From NCBI GenBank assembly GCA_011109175.1, contig RDEW01000005.1, forward strand, positions 2,025,747 to 2,089,746: DNA of 64,000 bases, read 5' to 3'. The stretch is from Dicyema japonicum. Its lineage: Eukaryota; Animalia; Dicyemida. Below the pieces are notes generated by a model. That model made no database searches. It saw only the letters and a list, made by a program, of their open reading frames with translations, and was not told the DNA's origin. Both the position numbers and the translations under genes were made by a program. Of this stretch, positions 26,392 through 40,413 are shown piece after piece. The number at the start of each line of letters is the position of its first letter. Within the stretch, counting starts at the first letter, position 1.

Positions 26392-27513
26392 TCAATTTAA
26401 TACGACACCTGCAGCATAGCTAACTCCATAGTCGTTAAAACTACTGCATTCTCCACTTTTCGTATACTCCAAAATCCTGACCTCAACATTATCCTTGTCA
26501 CCCAACAACCTCGCAGCCTAAAGTAAATAATTTTTATACAAAGAGCATAATTTTCAAGGGATTTTGACCACAAACGAGCGTTTCGTACTTTTCTAAATAA
26601 GACTGGAATTCACACGGGTTTTTCCTAACCAGGCAGTCAAAAGCCTAAAAAAATAAAAATCCAAACCTTTCTATCGAGAAATTCTACAGAATCAGACGGC
26701 AATGGTCCGTGTGAAAAATCAAAATAGGTAAAATTATAATTCTTCCCTAAAATACGAAACTCGTGAGACCCCAGTGGACAAAATCCGTCGAAAAAACAAA
26801 TAAATTTTCACGGTTTACAATAAATGGTAGTAATATTTTCGCAGTTTCCTCCCAAATGGAAAGATCCCCGTCCCCGACCATTATCGGTACAATTTTTAGT
26901 CTTTCCTTGAGACTTGGAATAAATTCCGAATTAAACCTCGAGTCTTTCTCAGAAAAGTATGCCAAAAAAGGTGCGATCATTTCCATGGAATGCTCATTCT
27001 CTTCGACTTCCAACAAAAGCTCTGTTTTAAAAATATTATGATCCCTTAATTCTTCGACGACTGATAAAGTAATTACTCGTACTTTTGGCATTTACTAACA
27101 AATCACAAATTGGAGTTTTCCATGTGACGGCCGAACTTAGAGAACAGCCTTGATAACAAGAATCGGCGGGCCATATTCTTCTACGAGGACTAACCCTGCT
27201 GTAGAACTCGTGGTGGGAAGGACCAATAATGAATACAGTATTTCTGTCATAATTTTTAAAACTACATATTCTGCCAATCGACTTGTTTGAAGGCCACTGC
27301 GGCGGTAGAGGCGCTGTACATAAAGCCTGCGTGACTAGAAATGATTAAATTTCATTTACGGAACAAAAATTATCCTTGACTTAACACTTATTTCCTTTGC
27401 CATTGATAGTTAAAATTCGATTTCCCCCATTAACTTGTCAGCTAAATTTTCTACAAAAGCAAACCTGAATCGCTATACCAAGAACCCGCATGAACACAAC
27501 CACGAACAGACAT
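26392..27513 (-). CDS. MEMO1: MEMO1 family protein, multi-exon, with one in-frame TAA at 27410-27412
   Basis: Motifs HAGSWYS, PHAGFMYS, IGPSHH, EHSMEM, VPIMVG, STDFVHWG, VCGQNPL and VSYAA, joined by 22-25 nt introns. Confidence 0.88.
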
Positions 27514-27679
27514 CTCCAAATTTAAAATGTTTATTAAAATAATTAAAAATTTAAATTCTTTGATTTTGTTCTAATTAATTGAGTAACACATCACAGTCCC
27601 CCTAGTAAAAGAACACTTTAAAGTTTGCTAGTTAATTAAAAGAACTCTCATTATCCCTCTTCTCCACTACTGCCCTCTA

Positions 27680-29290
27680 GACGTGACTCCCAGAATCTTC
27701 GATGTTTTGTTAATAGGAATAGCTTCGTTCTTCAAAGATTTTTGGTTCGTCACAGTTTTTTGTAAATTGTAAACAGCGTGACAGAGGAGTTTGTTGCTGA
27801 TGTGTCGAGTCTCCGCTTCGAGAGCCATAGTTGCAGCTTGTCTGATTGAATGTGTCTGTCCTTGGAGGCAAGAATGATATAGTCGGCATAGGAAAGGATT
27901 AGACAGTTTTCATTACAGGTTTGTGGCATGTCGTTTATGTAGAGATTGAAGAATTGGGGTGATAGTGGGGACCTTGAGGGACTTCATTTGGAAAGTAGCG
28001 AAATCTTTATTTGATGTTGTTGCAGAGTATATGTGCTCGTCTTCCATTTAAGAAGTTTCCAAGCCAAAGTTTCAAGTTCGGATGGATTTTGGTTTCAAAT
28101 ATTTTCTTTGTAAGGAATTTCCTAGGGACTGAGTCGAACGCTTTTGTGATGTCCACAGATATAAATACTGTCCTCTGATAGGGTTTGGGGGAGTTAAATC
28201 CTTCCGCAATGATTTGTGTGAGGGTTGTGAGGTGTGTTGTGGTCGAATGGTTACCCCGTAATCCGTGCTGAATCGAAGGTCGTGCTGCGGAATCCGTGCT
28301 GGTCGAAGGTATCTTGTACTTTTTCCAGGACAAGCCTTTCAAGGATCCTTGAGACCGGACTCAGAATTGATATTTGGCGNTGTCCACAGATATAAATACT
28401 GTCCTCTGATAGGGTTTGGGGGAGTTAAATCCTTCCGCAATGATTTGTGTGAGGGTTGTGAGGTGTGTTGTGGTCGAATGGTTACCCCGTAATCCGTGCT
28501 GAATCGAAGGTCGTGCTGCGGAATCCGTGCTGGTCGAAGGTATCTTGTACTTTTTCCAGGACAAGCCTTTCAAGGATCCTTGAGACCGGACTCAGAATTG
28601 ATATTTGGCGGTAGGAAGATGGTTCATTTATTGGTTTGTTGGGTTTTCGAATAGGTCTGATTAGAGACTTCTTCCATATTTCAGGGATTATATTCTGTCA
28701 TTGGATAGGTTGAATATATAGGCTAATGGCCTAGGTGCTTCAGTTCACATGTGGTTATGTTGTCTGGTCCTTTTGCCTCTGAGTTGTTGGCTTTGGATAT
28801 GGCTCTGCGGACATCCTGGCTAGTAAATAGGATCCAGTCATCGGAGCGTTTCGGTTCAATCTTTTTTAGGAATACTTGGTGTTCTTTTGAAAACTTCTTC
28901 TAGGAGATAGACGTATAGTATTTTATCAGAGTGTCTAGCTTTATGTAGACTTCGACTATTCTCTCTGGTGTGGATCTTTTGATTTTCTTGATCCACTTCC
29001 AGACTCTCTGCATTGTGGGGTTCTTGCAGAGAAGTTTTCGTATTTTCATGATTTTCTATTCTGATGGCGATTTTACAATCTTTAGATTATTTCGTTCTTT
29101 GATCAGATGTTTTGTCGTTGTTTTGGAACGTTTTGATGACGTAGGTTGCCTCCCCATAGTAATGTACTTTCTTTTGCAGCGTTTTGGTGGAGTTGAACCA
29201 TTTCAGTAGTTGTTCGACGAAGGAATCAGTGGGGAAATGTAATAGTCCCATGCAATTATTGACGTAATCCTTGAATCCTCTCCAATTCAC
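27680..29290 (-). mobile_element. APE-RT LINE remnant (RT domain, frameshifted)
   Basis: RTVFISVDITKAFDSVP, VPQG, FFNLYINDMP, LSYAD and KILGVT. Contains an N-joined duplicate at 28380. Confidence 0.85.
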
Positions 29291-29339
29291 AAGGCTGTAA
29301 TTATGATTTAATTTATTTAAAAGATAATTATTTATTTAT

Positions 29340-32147
29340 TTTACACCCAAAACCTCGGTAAAACCAAACTAACTATCACGTGATCTCGATGCGTTCCACC
29401 AAAATCCTCATCCTTTTTTGGTGCTCCTCCCTCGTGCCCACACAAGCTCGTACTGGGCGGCTGACTATATTTGCAGGGCCACTTTCCCGCATGCCGGAGT
29501 TTAGTTGTATGAGGGCCTCCATAGTAGTCGGTCCGGTTCTGTGTCTCCCACAAGTCCACCACTCCGTGACTCTGAAAGCCTTCTTTTGAACGTCCTCGAT
29601 TTTCTTAGTGTTCGAGCATGAGGTCCCCACGAAGCACACGCGTACGAGAAGCATGGTTCGATATATTGCTTGTAAATGTTCATCAAGATCGGGTGGGTAC
29701 CTGTCTTCCATATTCCAGATAAACATTTTAATACATTGATCCTCTTCTCGCACTTCAGAACAATGTTTGCCACGTGTGGTGACAAACATAAGTGTACATC
29801 CAGTGTCACGCCCAGGATCTTCTGACATTTTGTAAAGGGGATTTCAATGTTGTCCAATTTTAACTTGACAGTCATCTTCCCCAACCTTTTGTCCGAACTA
29901 AACATAGACGTAACCGACTTTCTGGAATTTATCGTGAGTCGGTCCAGGTTAATTTGTAATCATTCTGTAGCATTTTGGATATCCAAATCAAGCGAGGCCA
30001 AAACAATGTCGTCCGCATATGTGAGTAGAACATCGCTATTGGATTCCGGTGTCGGGAGGTCTGCCAGATATAAATTGAATAAGGCGGGGGATAAACGAGA
30101 TCCTTGGGGGACACCGTTTGGGAGAACACGTGAGACTGATTTCAGTCCTCCGAGGGATACACGTCCCCTTAAGAAATTTGTTATTTAAAGTTTAAGCTTC
30201 CCCGGATCTCGGACTGGAAAATTTTCTTTGATAATATTTTTCTCGAAATAGAATCAAAGGCCTTGTTAACATCAATGGAACATAAGACTGTCTTCAAATG
30301 CCTTGGTTTGTTTGAAAAACCATCTCTAATGAAGTTAGTTAATTTCTGTAGGTACGTTGATGTAAAACAATCGTTCTTGAATACGTGTTGAAAATCTTTT
30401 TCTGGTAAGAAAGCCTTGATTCTCACAAGCACAAGCCTTTCCAGGATTTTTGATATGGAACATAACAATGACACAGGTCTAAATGATGCCGGATCTTCCT
30501 TAGGTTTTCCAGGTTTCAGTATAGGTCGGATATTGGCTTGCTTCCATAACAACGGTATTAAATTACAATTAATTGAATAGTTATACACCGACGTTAGAAA
30601 ACCGACTCCATTATCTCCAAGGTTCTTCAATAACACTACTGGAATGTTGTCGGGACCGGCAGAGTACGTTGTTCTTGTAAAACGCAGCGCATTCTTCACG
30701 TCTTCATCCGAGAATTAAACTGGGTTAGAATCCTTCTTCAGTTTTCTCCATGAAGAGAGAATCACTTCCGGCTTCCAGTGTTCCTTGTACGAAATTTTTG
30801 TGTAGAGTTTTATCAAATTGTTAACGTCTCGTTGAGTATAGTCATCCTCGGGGAAGTTTCTTCTCCCTTTGCAACATTTAGGATGGATTTCCACACTTCT
30901 CCGGTACTACGGTTGCGATTTACCTTTGTAAGAATCCGATTCCACTTCAATTTCTGGGCCTTGAACTCTCTGGCCTTTATTTCGTTGTTTAGAGCTCTGA
31001 TCCGGATTTTCGTTTTTAATGTGATCCAATTAGACTTTTTGAGGTGATTTCTTTCTTTGATCAATGCCGACTTCCCTCGACCATTAGAGGAGTTTAGACG
31101 ATGCTTGGGAATAGCCAATGATCTTGCTTCTAGGATTGTGCAAGTAAAGTATTTGATCGCTTTTTCTAGCGATTTGAAGCTGACCAAGTAACAATTCTTC
31201 AGTCTATCATCAGAGATTGCGCGATACAATTCCCAATTAGCAGCTTTGTAGTTATAACTAGCAGGTGTTCTCCTCACTCTGACTTCTTTCATGACCTTCA
31301 TCACAATTGGATTATGGTCGCTTCTTGTTTCGTAGAGGACTGACCAATCAATTTTTGATGAAAGCGACGATGAGCGGAGTGTTACATCCGGTGAAGTAAA
31401 CTGATCCGTCTCTCTGAGTGGGGTCCTTGTATTTTTCGCTGGATCGTTCAGAATCGTTAGGGAGTCCGATTTCAATAACAATAGCTTCCCTCTCGTGTCG
31501 GGCTGTTGGGTTGACAACCATAATGGGTGCTTTGCGTTTAAATCTCCACATATGATGATCTCATCGTAGATAGCCAATGTTGATAAGTTTGGAATAACAT
31601 AGTCCTTTGGGCAGGAGCCGGGAGGAGGCAAGTAGATATTCACGAGGCACATACTTCCTTTCGTTGTCCCAAGCGAGATTCCAATTGCCTCAGTAACCTC
31701 GTCATTTCCAACAAGTTTCCTCACTTCCGAAGTAATGTCTCTGCATTTTAGGTTCTTTTTGAATAGAGTAAGTAGTCCACCCCCTCTTCTCTTTTTACGG
31801 TCTATCCTGATTGCCTCGTATCCAGGGAATGAAGGAGTGGAATCATGCATGTTGAGTTTAGTTTCATGAATCATGGCCACGTCGATCTTCTGATTTGCCA
31901 GGATTGACCGGAGTTCCCTGACCTTTCCTTTAATTCTGTTGATGTTTAATTGGAGAGCAGTAAATTTCTTTTTTCCACAGTGGGCTGAGGGTTTTCGCAG
32001 GGAATGTTTGGACTTTCTTGAAACATATCTCCGGGGGTCGATAATGACCCCGGGGGGAAGTGGTCTAATGGTCCTTTTCGGGAGAGTATTAGAAGCCCTC
32101 TGGGCGTTTCCAAATCCTTTTGAATTTTTTGAATTGGTGAACCACAT
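29340..32147 (-). mobile_element. Near-complete single-ORF LINE (APE endonuclease plus RT; I/Ingi/Jockey-like) with frameshifts and an (AAAT)n tail
   Basis: APE motifs LQLNIN, MIHETKL, GGGLL, NIYLPP, GDLNAKH, PDVT and SDHNP. RT motifs AGPDNIP, FRPVSLLCSISKILE, DVNKAFD, GVPQGSRLSP and TYADD. Post-RT KILGVTLD and YKQYIEPCFSYACASW. Confidence 0.92.
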
Positions 32148-32166
32148 AACGCCACGCTACAATTTA

Positions 32167-32608
32167 TTTATTTATTTAATAACCCCGAAAAGGGAACACC
32201 AAGAAAGAAGGAGTAATCCAACTAATTAAGTGATCCCGGTACGCGTCAACAGGATCGAGAGGTTTTTCCTGTGTTCCTCCAGGGTACCCACGGCTTTCCT
32301 GAATAAAGGATGATCATCTTTCATTAGGGTTTAAAGAGGAGTGGGGTTTTCCCCAAATTTTGTGTATTTGAAGCTTTAGCCTTGAATGGAAGAAACGACT
32401 TGTTTCTTGGCCACACAGACAGATGAAGCCGGAGCCATTATTTTTGATTGCGGCGTGGTCAAGCATTGGAGGGAAAAGATCGGGGTGTAGATTCGTTTGA
32501 CGTGCTAGTTTTCCAATTAGGGTATTGATCTTGAGTGAATTTGATATCGAAGTTCCATAGGCCCATGAGGCACAGGCGTACTCAATCGTCGGTTTTAGGA
32601 GTTGATTG
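32167..32608 (-). mobile_element. 5'-truncated LINE insertion flanked by a 19-bp target-site duplication
   Basis: AACGCCACGCTACAATTTA occurs at 32148-32166 and 32609-32627. The insert encodes LKPTIEYACASW and ends in (AAAT)n. Confidence 0.85.
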
Positions 32609-34689
32609 AACGCCACGCTACAATTTAATAACGCTACAAATACATAAGGAATACGATACTCTAAAAATATAAAATAATGATTATTCAATCAAATTGTTTT
32701 CTATTTAATAACAATTATTAAATTTAAACTTTTAGCGGTAAAGATAATTGATTTTATATGCCCATTTTTGCTGTATATTCTCGTGACGGAATGCCCCTTT
32801 TAATAGACAAGTATGGGATATTCGAAAATGTATAAACTTAATTACTTAGTATAAAGATATTGAATTCTCAAATTAACTTGATTTGTGCCTTTTATATGTT
32901 CTCAAATTTCAACTAGATTGCCGTCGACAAGATCTTTTCCGATAATTTTTTTATAGCCTTTCGCAGATTGCCAAATGAGTACTTCGTTTTGTTATTTTTA
33001 TAGTTGGATTGTGTTTGTCGTTAATGAATACAGTCAAGGCGAGCTCTTTGCTATTAAATTGATGGAATTGTTCATTCAAATACTACTAATTCTCATAGGG
33101 AAAAGACTGCTCTCGAATGCGGACGATGATTTCTCATTTAAAGTAATTTAAGCCATCAATTCAGTTATTAAGGTCTGTGCTGTCTCCGGTCATAAAACAT
33201 TTGTCCTTTCTGAAACGAGATTCGTTGATATCTTCCATTTGTCGGCCTCTTTCCTCTTCTTCCCCCCAGGTTGCTAATAGTATCATAGTTTCTAGTTATT
33301 TGTGAATGAAGTTGCTCGGGAAGTCGACTGTTTGTACACGATGATTGTGTCAGAACCCTATCGCTGTGTTGTCGCCACTGAAAACGTGTGGAATCTTTCC
33401 GAATTGATGATCATTGCTCTGTCTTTCTTGACTGAGTGTTCAATATCCATACAGCCGATCTACCTATCATATAAAGACGAGGAGGTCGTTATGGTGTATT
33501 ATTTATGTATAGAGTCTGTGCTACCTCCATACCTTCGTGATTGACCCTCAGAACACATTAAGTATAATAAGTCACAAGCCTCAATGTACTGGAGCTGCCG
33601 ATAAGGTTTGTGGACCTCCTTTATTTTCTGACGAGGTCACTAATTCGTCGTTTTAATGCCCATGTGATTCACTTCAATTTCTTCCCCACCCACTCAGAAG
33701 ACAAACACCGAAAGAAGTTAATCGACCATCTTTCGGCTGTGAAAGAGTATTTTGTGTTGTTATCCGAGATTTGATGTCCAATTTAATGTTGGAGGGATCT
33801 GGGTGAAGCTCTTCTTCCGCAAAATTCAAAAATTTTCCCAGCAGCTGGCTATTTTCGCTGATTTGTGCAAAGAACGGCAAAATTGTATTTCTCGGTGTGA
33901 ATGATAGTATTTACGACATTAACACAATCGATAAAGTGCGGTCAGTTTTACTATCACTGTTACTGCGACGAAGTCGGTCTTGTGGTCGTCGTTTGTGGTG
34001 TTAAGTGGACTAGTGGACAGATCAGAAAGTACTCTCAAACCCTTTTGAAACTCATTGAGTCGTGAATTTTATATTTGTAAAATTTTAACAAAATTTGTGT
34101 TGATAATCGATTTATTGAAATTCTTTATCAATGATTTGATCTGAGAGATAGCTCGTCCCTGTTTTGTAATGACTACAATACTTCCTCGATTAATGTGCAT
34201 TGATTACTATGCCATCAATCCTAATTCCGAGTCTATAACTCTCGAAACACTTGAACGAAACGAAAATTAGTAAGGGCTATCAAACAGCCCCCTCTACACT
34301 ACCTTTATCAAATAATTCTAAAAACAACCTATATGTAGAGCGGTTCAAGAAGGCCGTCTCCCTTGGTTTCAACCTTCCTCATGCCAGTCTAGGGTTACAT
34401 AGTTAACTGGGATATTCATTCTCTTTTAACCCAGTGATTCCGTGGCAACAATAAATGGAAATAAAGAAACACCTGCTACGATAAGCCGTAACAGAATTAT
34501 CAGTGGTAGCGTGTAGTTTTAAAAATAATGATGGATCAGGAGGCATTGAGTGGATTTAGTGTTACTCTACTTAGTGTTAATTTAATAAGAATCACACGAT
34601 ATTGTAAATAATCGATTTATTGACATCCCTTATCATCACACTCTGCTAGTCTAGTTTTAAATGTTGACGGCCGTTTGATTTTGTCTGCC

Positions 34690-35302
34690 ATGGGATCATG
34701 TTGTTGCTTTCCACTTTTTCTTCACAGTAGTTGAGGGTTTGATTTGGTTTTAGAGAGAAGAACAAGAGTAAACAGTTCTTACAAAAAGATTGTGATTGTT
34801 GGGGATGGCTATTGTGGAAAAACTTCTTTGTTAGTGACGTATACTACAGGTTTCTTCCCAGTGAACTATGAACCCACAGTTTTTGACAACGATGTGGTCG
34901 AGATCTTTTTTGGAGGGATTCTTGTATGTAAATGGTTTATCTAAGGTTCGGGCTTCTCTTTGGGACACTGCGAGCCAGGAAACTTTTAAAAACTTGCGTC
35001 CCTGCTGTTATGCTGATACCAATTGCTTCATAGTCACTTATGCAGTCAACAGTCCAGCCAGTTATCGAAATGTGGAGGCCACGTGGATGCCTGAAATAAT
35101 GGCAAATTCTCCAAAGGCTAGTATTGTACTAGTGGCAACAAAGGTCGACCTAAGAACAGCTAATTTTGGTTTTGTCACAGTTGAGATGGGTCAAGCCTTA
35201 TCCAAGAGGATCAAAGCTACCGAATTTGTGGAGACTTATGCACGACTTAATATTGGAATAATGGAGGCCATCATGGCAGCAGCTAGAGCAACAATCAATT
35301 AA
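34690..35302 (+). CDS. Atypical Rho-family GTPase with N-terminal MGSCCC and no CAAX; exons 34690-34726, 34754-34923, 34946-35302
   Basis: [38 protein letters not shown] and [11 protein letters not shown]. Two GT-AG introns of 27 and 22 nt join the exons in frame. Confidence 0.88.
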
Positions 35303-36189
35303 TGTAACTTGTTAAATACGTCCAAATGAGTAAACAGTTTCATTTTTATTCAGTTTCTTGCAATGAGCCAATTATAACCATAATTTTATAGTCATTAAAC
35401 TGATTATCAGGTTCCTCTAATGAACACAACTCTTTTCGCTTATACTTTTTACCTGTTCATCAAGTCGAGTGATTTTAGAAGAGACCAGGAGAATAGATCT
35501 CCAATAAAGATTATTTATTTCTAAGGGAGTCATCGATGCTACCTGTTCTACCATCCTCTACAGTTTCACTGATAAGTCGGTTATTCAATTTCATATTTCG
35601 CTTATACTTTCAAATTCGACCATATTTCTAGTAATTTTCTAACATTGATCTCCCAAGTCTGATAACTTATTTTGGCGGTGTTACAATTAACATTATGTTC
35701 CAATACTTTAGGATTAAAAGTGCTATGGTAAATGACTGAAGTAATGTAGGGTATCAAAAGTTGCGTGATTAGATGTCGTACAGCTGACCTTGGCAGTTAA
35801 AATGTTTTAAATGAATTTGAGATCAGTAATATGTGACCTATTTATGTCATCAGGTCTGTCGAGAAAAAAGTAACGGTTGACATATATTTAAGTGCATCCA
35901 GTAACCATGGTTACAAATGCAGAGAAAAGTCCTTGTAATCTGCGAACTCTCCTCTCGATCTCTGTTACTTTACATCTAAAAGATCTCCTTCGTTGTTAAT
36001 AACTTTGTATATTGACTTTATCTTATAACACCTTTTACAATGCCGGGACTGACCGATCTATGGGAACGACCAAAATCTGCTGCGTCCTATTTAATAGCTG
36101 CTGGCCTCCTACATGTTTGTGAGGCTTGGGTTACTTAACTAACACTTTTTACAATTGCCTGGATTCTCCTCGTGATGGCCTCTTAAATG

Positions 36190-36520
36190 GACTTAATCAC
36201 TAATGCATACAGACTTATCATCCTTTCTCATCTTTGCCCGGTGTTCCTCCCTCGTTGCCGCGCATGATCGTACAGGACGGCTGACTGAATTTACGGGTCC
36301 GCATTCCTGTATTCTGCAGTCTAGTTTCATAATGTCCTTCAGAGGCTTCGGTTCGCTGTCCTCCACAAATGCAACGCTCCGTTAATCTGAAAACCATCTT
36401 TTGCATTTCCTTGATATTCCTCATATTTTCCCAAGATATTGACGGTCCCCACGAGGCGCATGCACATGAGAAACATGACTCAATGTACTGGATCAGTGTA
36501 ATTTCCGTAGACATTCAACG
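36190..36520 (-). mobile_element. LINE 3' fragment of the 29340-32147 family
   Basis: QYIESCFSCACASWGPS, and a 3' region sharing cctccctcg...ggctgact with 29420-29470. Confidence 0.75.
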
Positions 36521-36949
36521 AGTCGTCATTCAATGAAAACACACAATGGTTTTTAATGTCGACTTTAAACCAAAGAAAATTTACATGTTAGGTTTGAAGG
36601 ATCTCTCGTGTATGATGATATTTTTTGTGGTCTCGTAAATAGAGTTTTTAAAATCGAATTTTTTTTCCCAAGCCGAAACAAATAATATCTCAAAATGCCA
36701 GTAAGGCATAGATAGATAATTTTGCCGAATATGCCATTACTCGATTATTCCAAATATAGAAATTATTTCAATTCTCTTTGACCAACTCCACTGGTGAAGA
36801 TTTCCATTATGAGAACTCTTCCACATACGAATGAAGTGACGCCTGGTACAGTAGTACGTGTGGTGAAAATGGAAGAGGGAGGACCTACTTGAATATTGGA
36901 GGATGGATTTTGTTGGCACAATCAGATGTAATGAGAGGCTCTATTAATT

Positions 36950-37490
36950 TGGGTAAAAAACCCATAACTAAAGTTCTTGAAAATATTCTCCTAACAATTC
37001 AATTGTGAGAACCAACATATTGAAAATTTTGTCGGGCGCAACACCTTCTTACTACAGAAAATTTACAGACAATACATACAGAAAATTTACAGACATGCCA
37101 GTAATCGAATACGCATGTCCTTCCTAGAGCTCGATGATTTCTGAATCGTCGTCTCAAAAATTAGAAGCCGCACAACTTGCTGGCTTAAAAATAATAAATA
37201 AAAAAACTGTGGATAACGTATTGAATGTTAAAGAACACCTAAGGTGGGGAGTGAAGTCAATTCTACAGTGGGCAATGAAAACCGGCTGTCCGCTTTCACT
37301 CTCAATATCTGACTATGTATAAAATGCGGGGAATCTATGGAGAATGAGACCGTCTCCGTTTCTACCAATTCTGTTGGATCTTCGAGGACCCCGAACGAGA
37401 GCCAGAACCCGGAAAACCGGGATCACTTAGTTAGTAGTTAACTTTTAACTTTTTCTAATCCGGTGATCTTGGGGTAAAAAAAATAAAAAA
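36950..37490 (+). mobile_element. LINE 3' fragment(s) ending in the shared GATCAC...GTGATC terminal motif
   Basis: PVIEYACPSW-like and KLEAAQLAGLKII motifs, then gggatcacttagttag...gtgatcttggggt and an A-rich tail. Confidence 0.55.
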
Positions 37491-37919
37491 ATAATATTTT
37501 CATAGATCAACGAGAACGCCGATTTACCTGTCTCTTCGATTCTTATCAATAATGAGAGAGATCAGATACTCGGTCTCCAACATTCTATTTAAAAGACAAT
37601 ATTCTAATATTCATTTGTTGAAACATTGGAGAGCTTTCTCAAGATGTGGAATAAGCGGTTTCCCCAATATGAGTTCTATCGTCTCTAGACTCGATATAAA
37701 ACGAGAAATGCTTCCATCACAAATTTTATAAACTTCGATTATAAAAACTTAAGTCATAGAATCGGGGTTCCGTGGTCTGTGTAAGAAAGTCTTTTCCAAG
37801 CATCACGTTAATTCATGTGTAAACATGTCCAGTGAAAGAGAGGGATCCTTGTTGATTCCGACTAGGCTGTGGGCGTCTCCTGAGACATGACGTCTCTTTG
37901 GATCAAATGTACTCATGAA

Positions 37920-38613
37920 CAATGTTTACAATCGTAATTGAACAGAATCGAACAATCGACTTCCCCATTTCACCTTTTCTTCATTCTAGACAGACCATCA
38001 GAAAATGAGCAACATCTTTTCTTGTCCAGTCCACATTCGAGTTCTGCCCCACATCAAGTAGATCTGACGGATCTCTGAGAACGTATGCTCTTAGTTGTGA
38101 CTTTCATATTAGCCGTCTATTATTTCGGTACCACAAGGATGGAAGTATTTATCTCATCTAAGCAAAACACTTGGGTTTCGGCCACCTTTTCTCTAAATTC
38201 GCATGTACCCTCAAAAATGTTCTCGTCCGATTCCTACACTGTATTTTTTTAGTTTAATTAGCACAGGTCAGCTCCTCAATTTACCTCGAAAATAAGAAAA
38301 TAAAAATCACGGATTTTGACATTTCTAGATTTTTGAGAACGCCAATATCGTCACTGGAATAAGGAGCCATTTTTATTCTATTTATTTACTCTCGATCCCT
38401 TCAAGGAAAAAAACTGTTGGCTAATATGAAAGTCACAACTAAGAGCATACGTTCTCAGAGATCCGTCAAATCTACTTGATGTGGGGCAGAACTCGAATAT
38501 GGACTGGACAAGAGAAGATGTTGCTCATTTTCTGGTGATCCGTCTACAAGGAAGAAAAGGTGAAATGGGGAAGTCGATTGTTCGATCCTGTTCAATTACG
38601 ATTGTAAACATTG
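37920..38613. repeat. Inverted repeat: arms of about 195 bp at 37920-38114 and 38419-38613, spacer about 305 bp
   Basis: acgtatgctcttagttgtgactttcatattagcc is the reverse complement of ggctaatatgaaagtcacaactaagagcatacgt. The match continues through both arms with scattered mismatches. Confidence 0.9.
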
Positions 38614-39631
38614 GTGTAAAAAATTCCTATGAATTTATTTCAAGCGATTGGACTTGACGACCTCGGAGGCCCAGTTCTACTACGATCTGGAGGCGGATAT
38701 TGGGGCTCTTGAAATAATCCTGGTTGTATGGAGGCAGAAAGTATGCTTGTTATTTCCTTAAGTCCCTGCATTCCCAGGTGCTTTAAATGNGGGCAGAACT
38801 CGAATATGGACTGGACGAGAGAAGATGTTGCTCATTTTCTGGTGGTCCGTCTACAAGCAAGAAAAGGTGAAATGGGGAAGTCGATTGTTCGATTCTGTTC
38901 AATTACGATTGTAAACATTGGTGCAAAAAATTCCTATGAATTTATTCCAAGCGATTGGACTTGACGACCTCGGAGGCCCAGTTCTACTACGATATGGAGG
39001 CGGATATTGGGGCTCTTGAAATAATCCTGGTTGTATGGAAGCAGAAAGTATGCTTGTTATTTCCTTAAGTCCCTGCATTCCCAGGTGCTTTAAATGAAGA
39101 TTCCATCAAGCCCTTCGGCAGGAGAGCTTTTAGTGTTTTTGTTAAGTTTTTCGATATCAGTTGTGCTGATTACAATCGGGTTTCTTTGATCCATCTATTT
39201 CTTAGAGAGAACCTTTATAAATTATTCTTAAAAGAATAAAAATCTTTTTGACCCAAATAATTACGAATTTATTATTGCGAATCTATTATTTGAAAATTCT
39301 CCAATAATAATAATAATCCAAAATTTAAAAACAATAAAACTAATTTTAGATAAGTTCTATTTTTGTGATCTTAATTTGGCAAACAAAAAACTTTTTAAAT
39401 TTTAAAATCATTTTAGATATTTTAATTATTTTAATTTTTAAAGATATATCAAAAAAATTAAAAAATGTTTTAATTATTTTATTTCTAGTTATATTTATGT
39501 CGCAGTTTGCTTCATATAAGTTTATCTTCAAATTTGTCGTTGTCATTTTAGATATTTTAATTATTTTAATTTTTAAAGATATATCAAAAAAATTAAAAAA
39601 TGTTTTAATTATTTTATTTCTAGTTATATTT

Positions 39632-40413
<782 letters not shown>

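Noticed and set aside
27410-27412. Genome-wide reassignment of TAA to a sense codon
   Set aside because: Thousands of traced codons in spectrin, GH31 and Rab14 contain no internal TAA, and TAA terminates the Rho, GH31 and VPS18 genes.
32900-33930. Possible retroelement or gene relic between the LINE cluster and the Rho gene
   Set aside because: Multiple stops in all frames and no motif I can assign with confidence.
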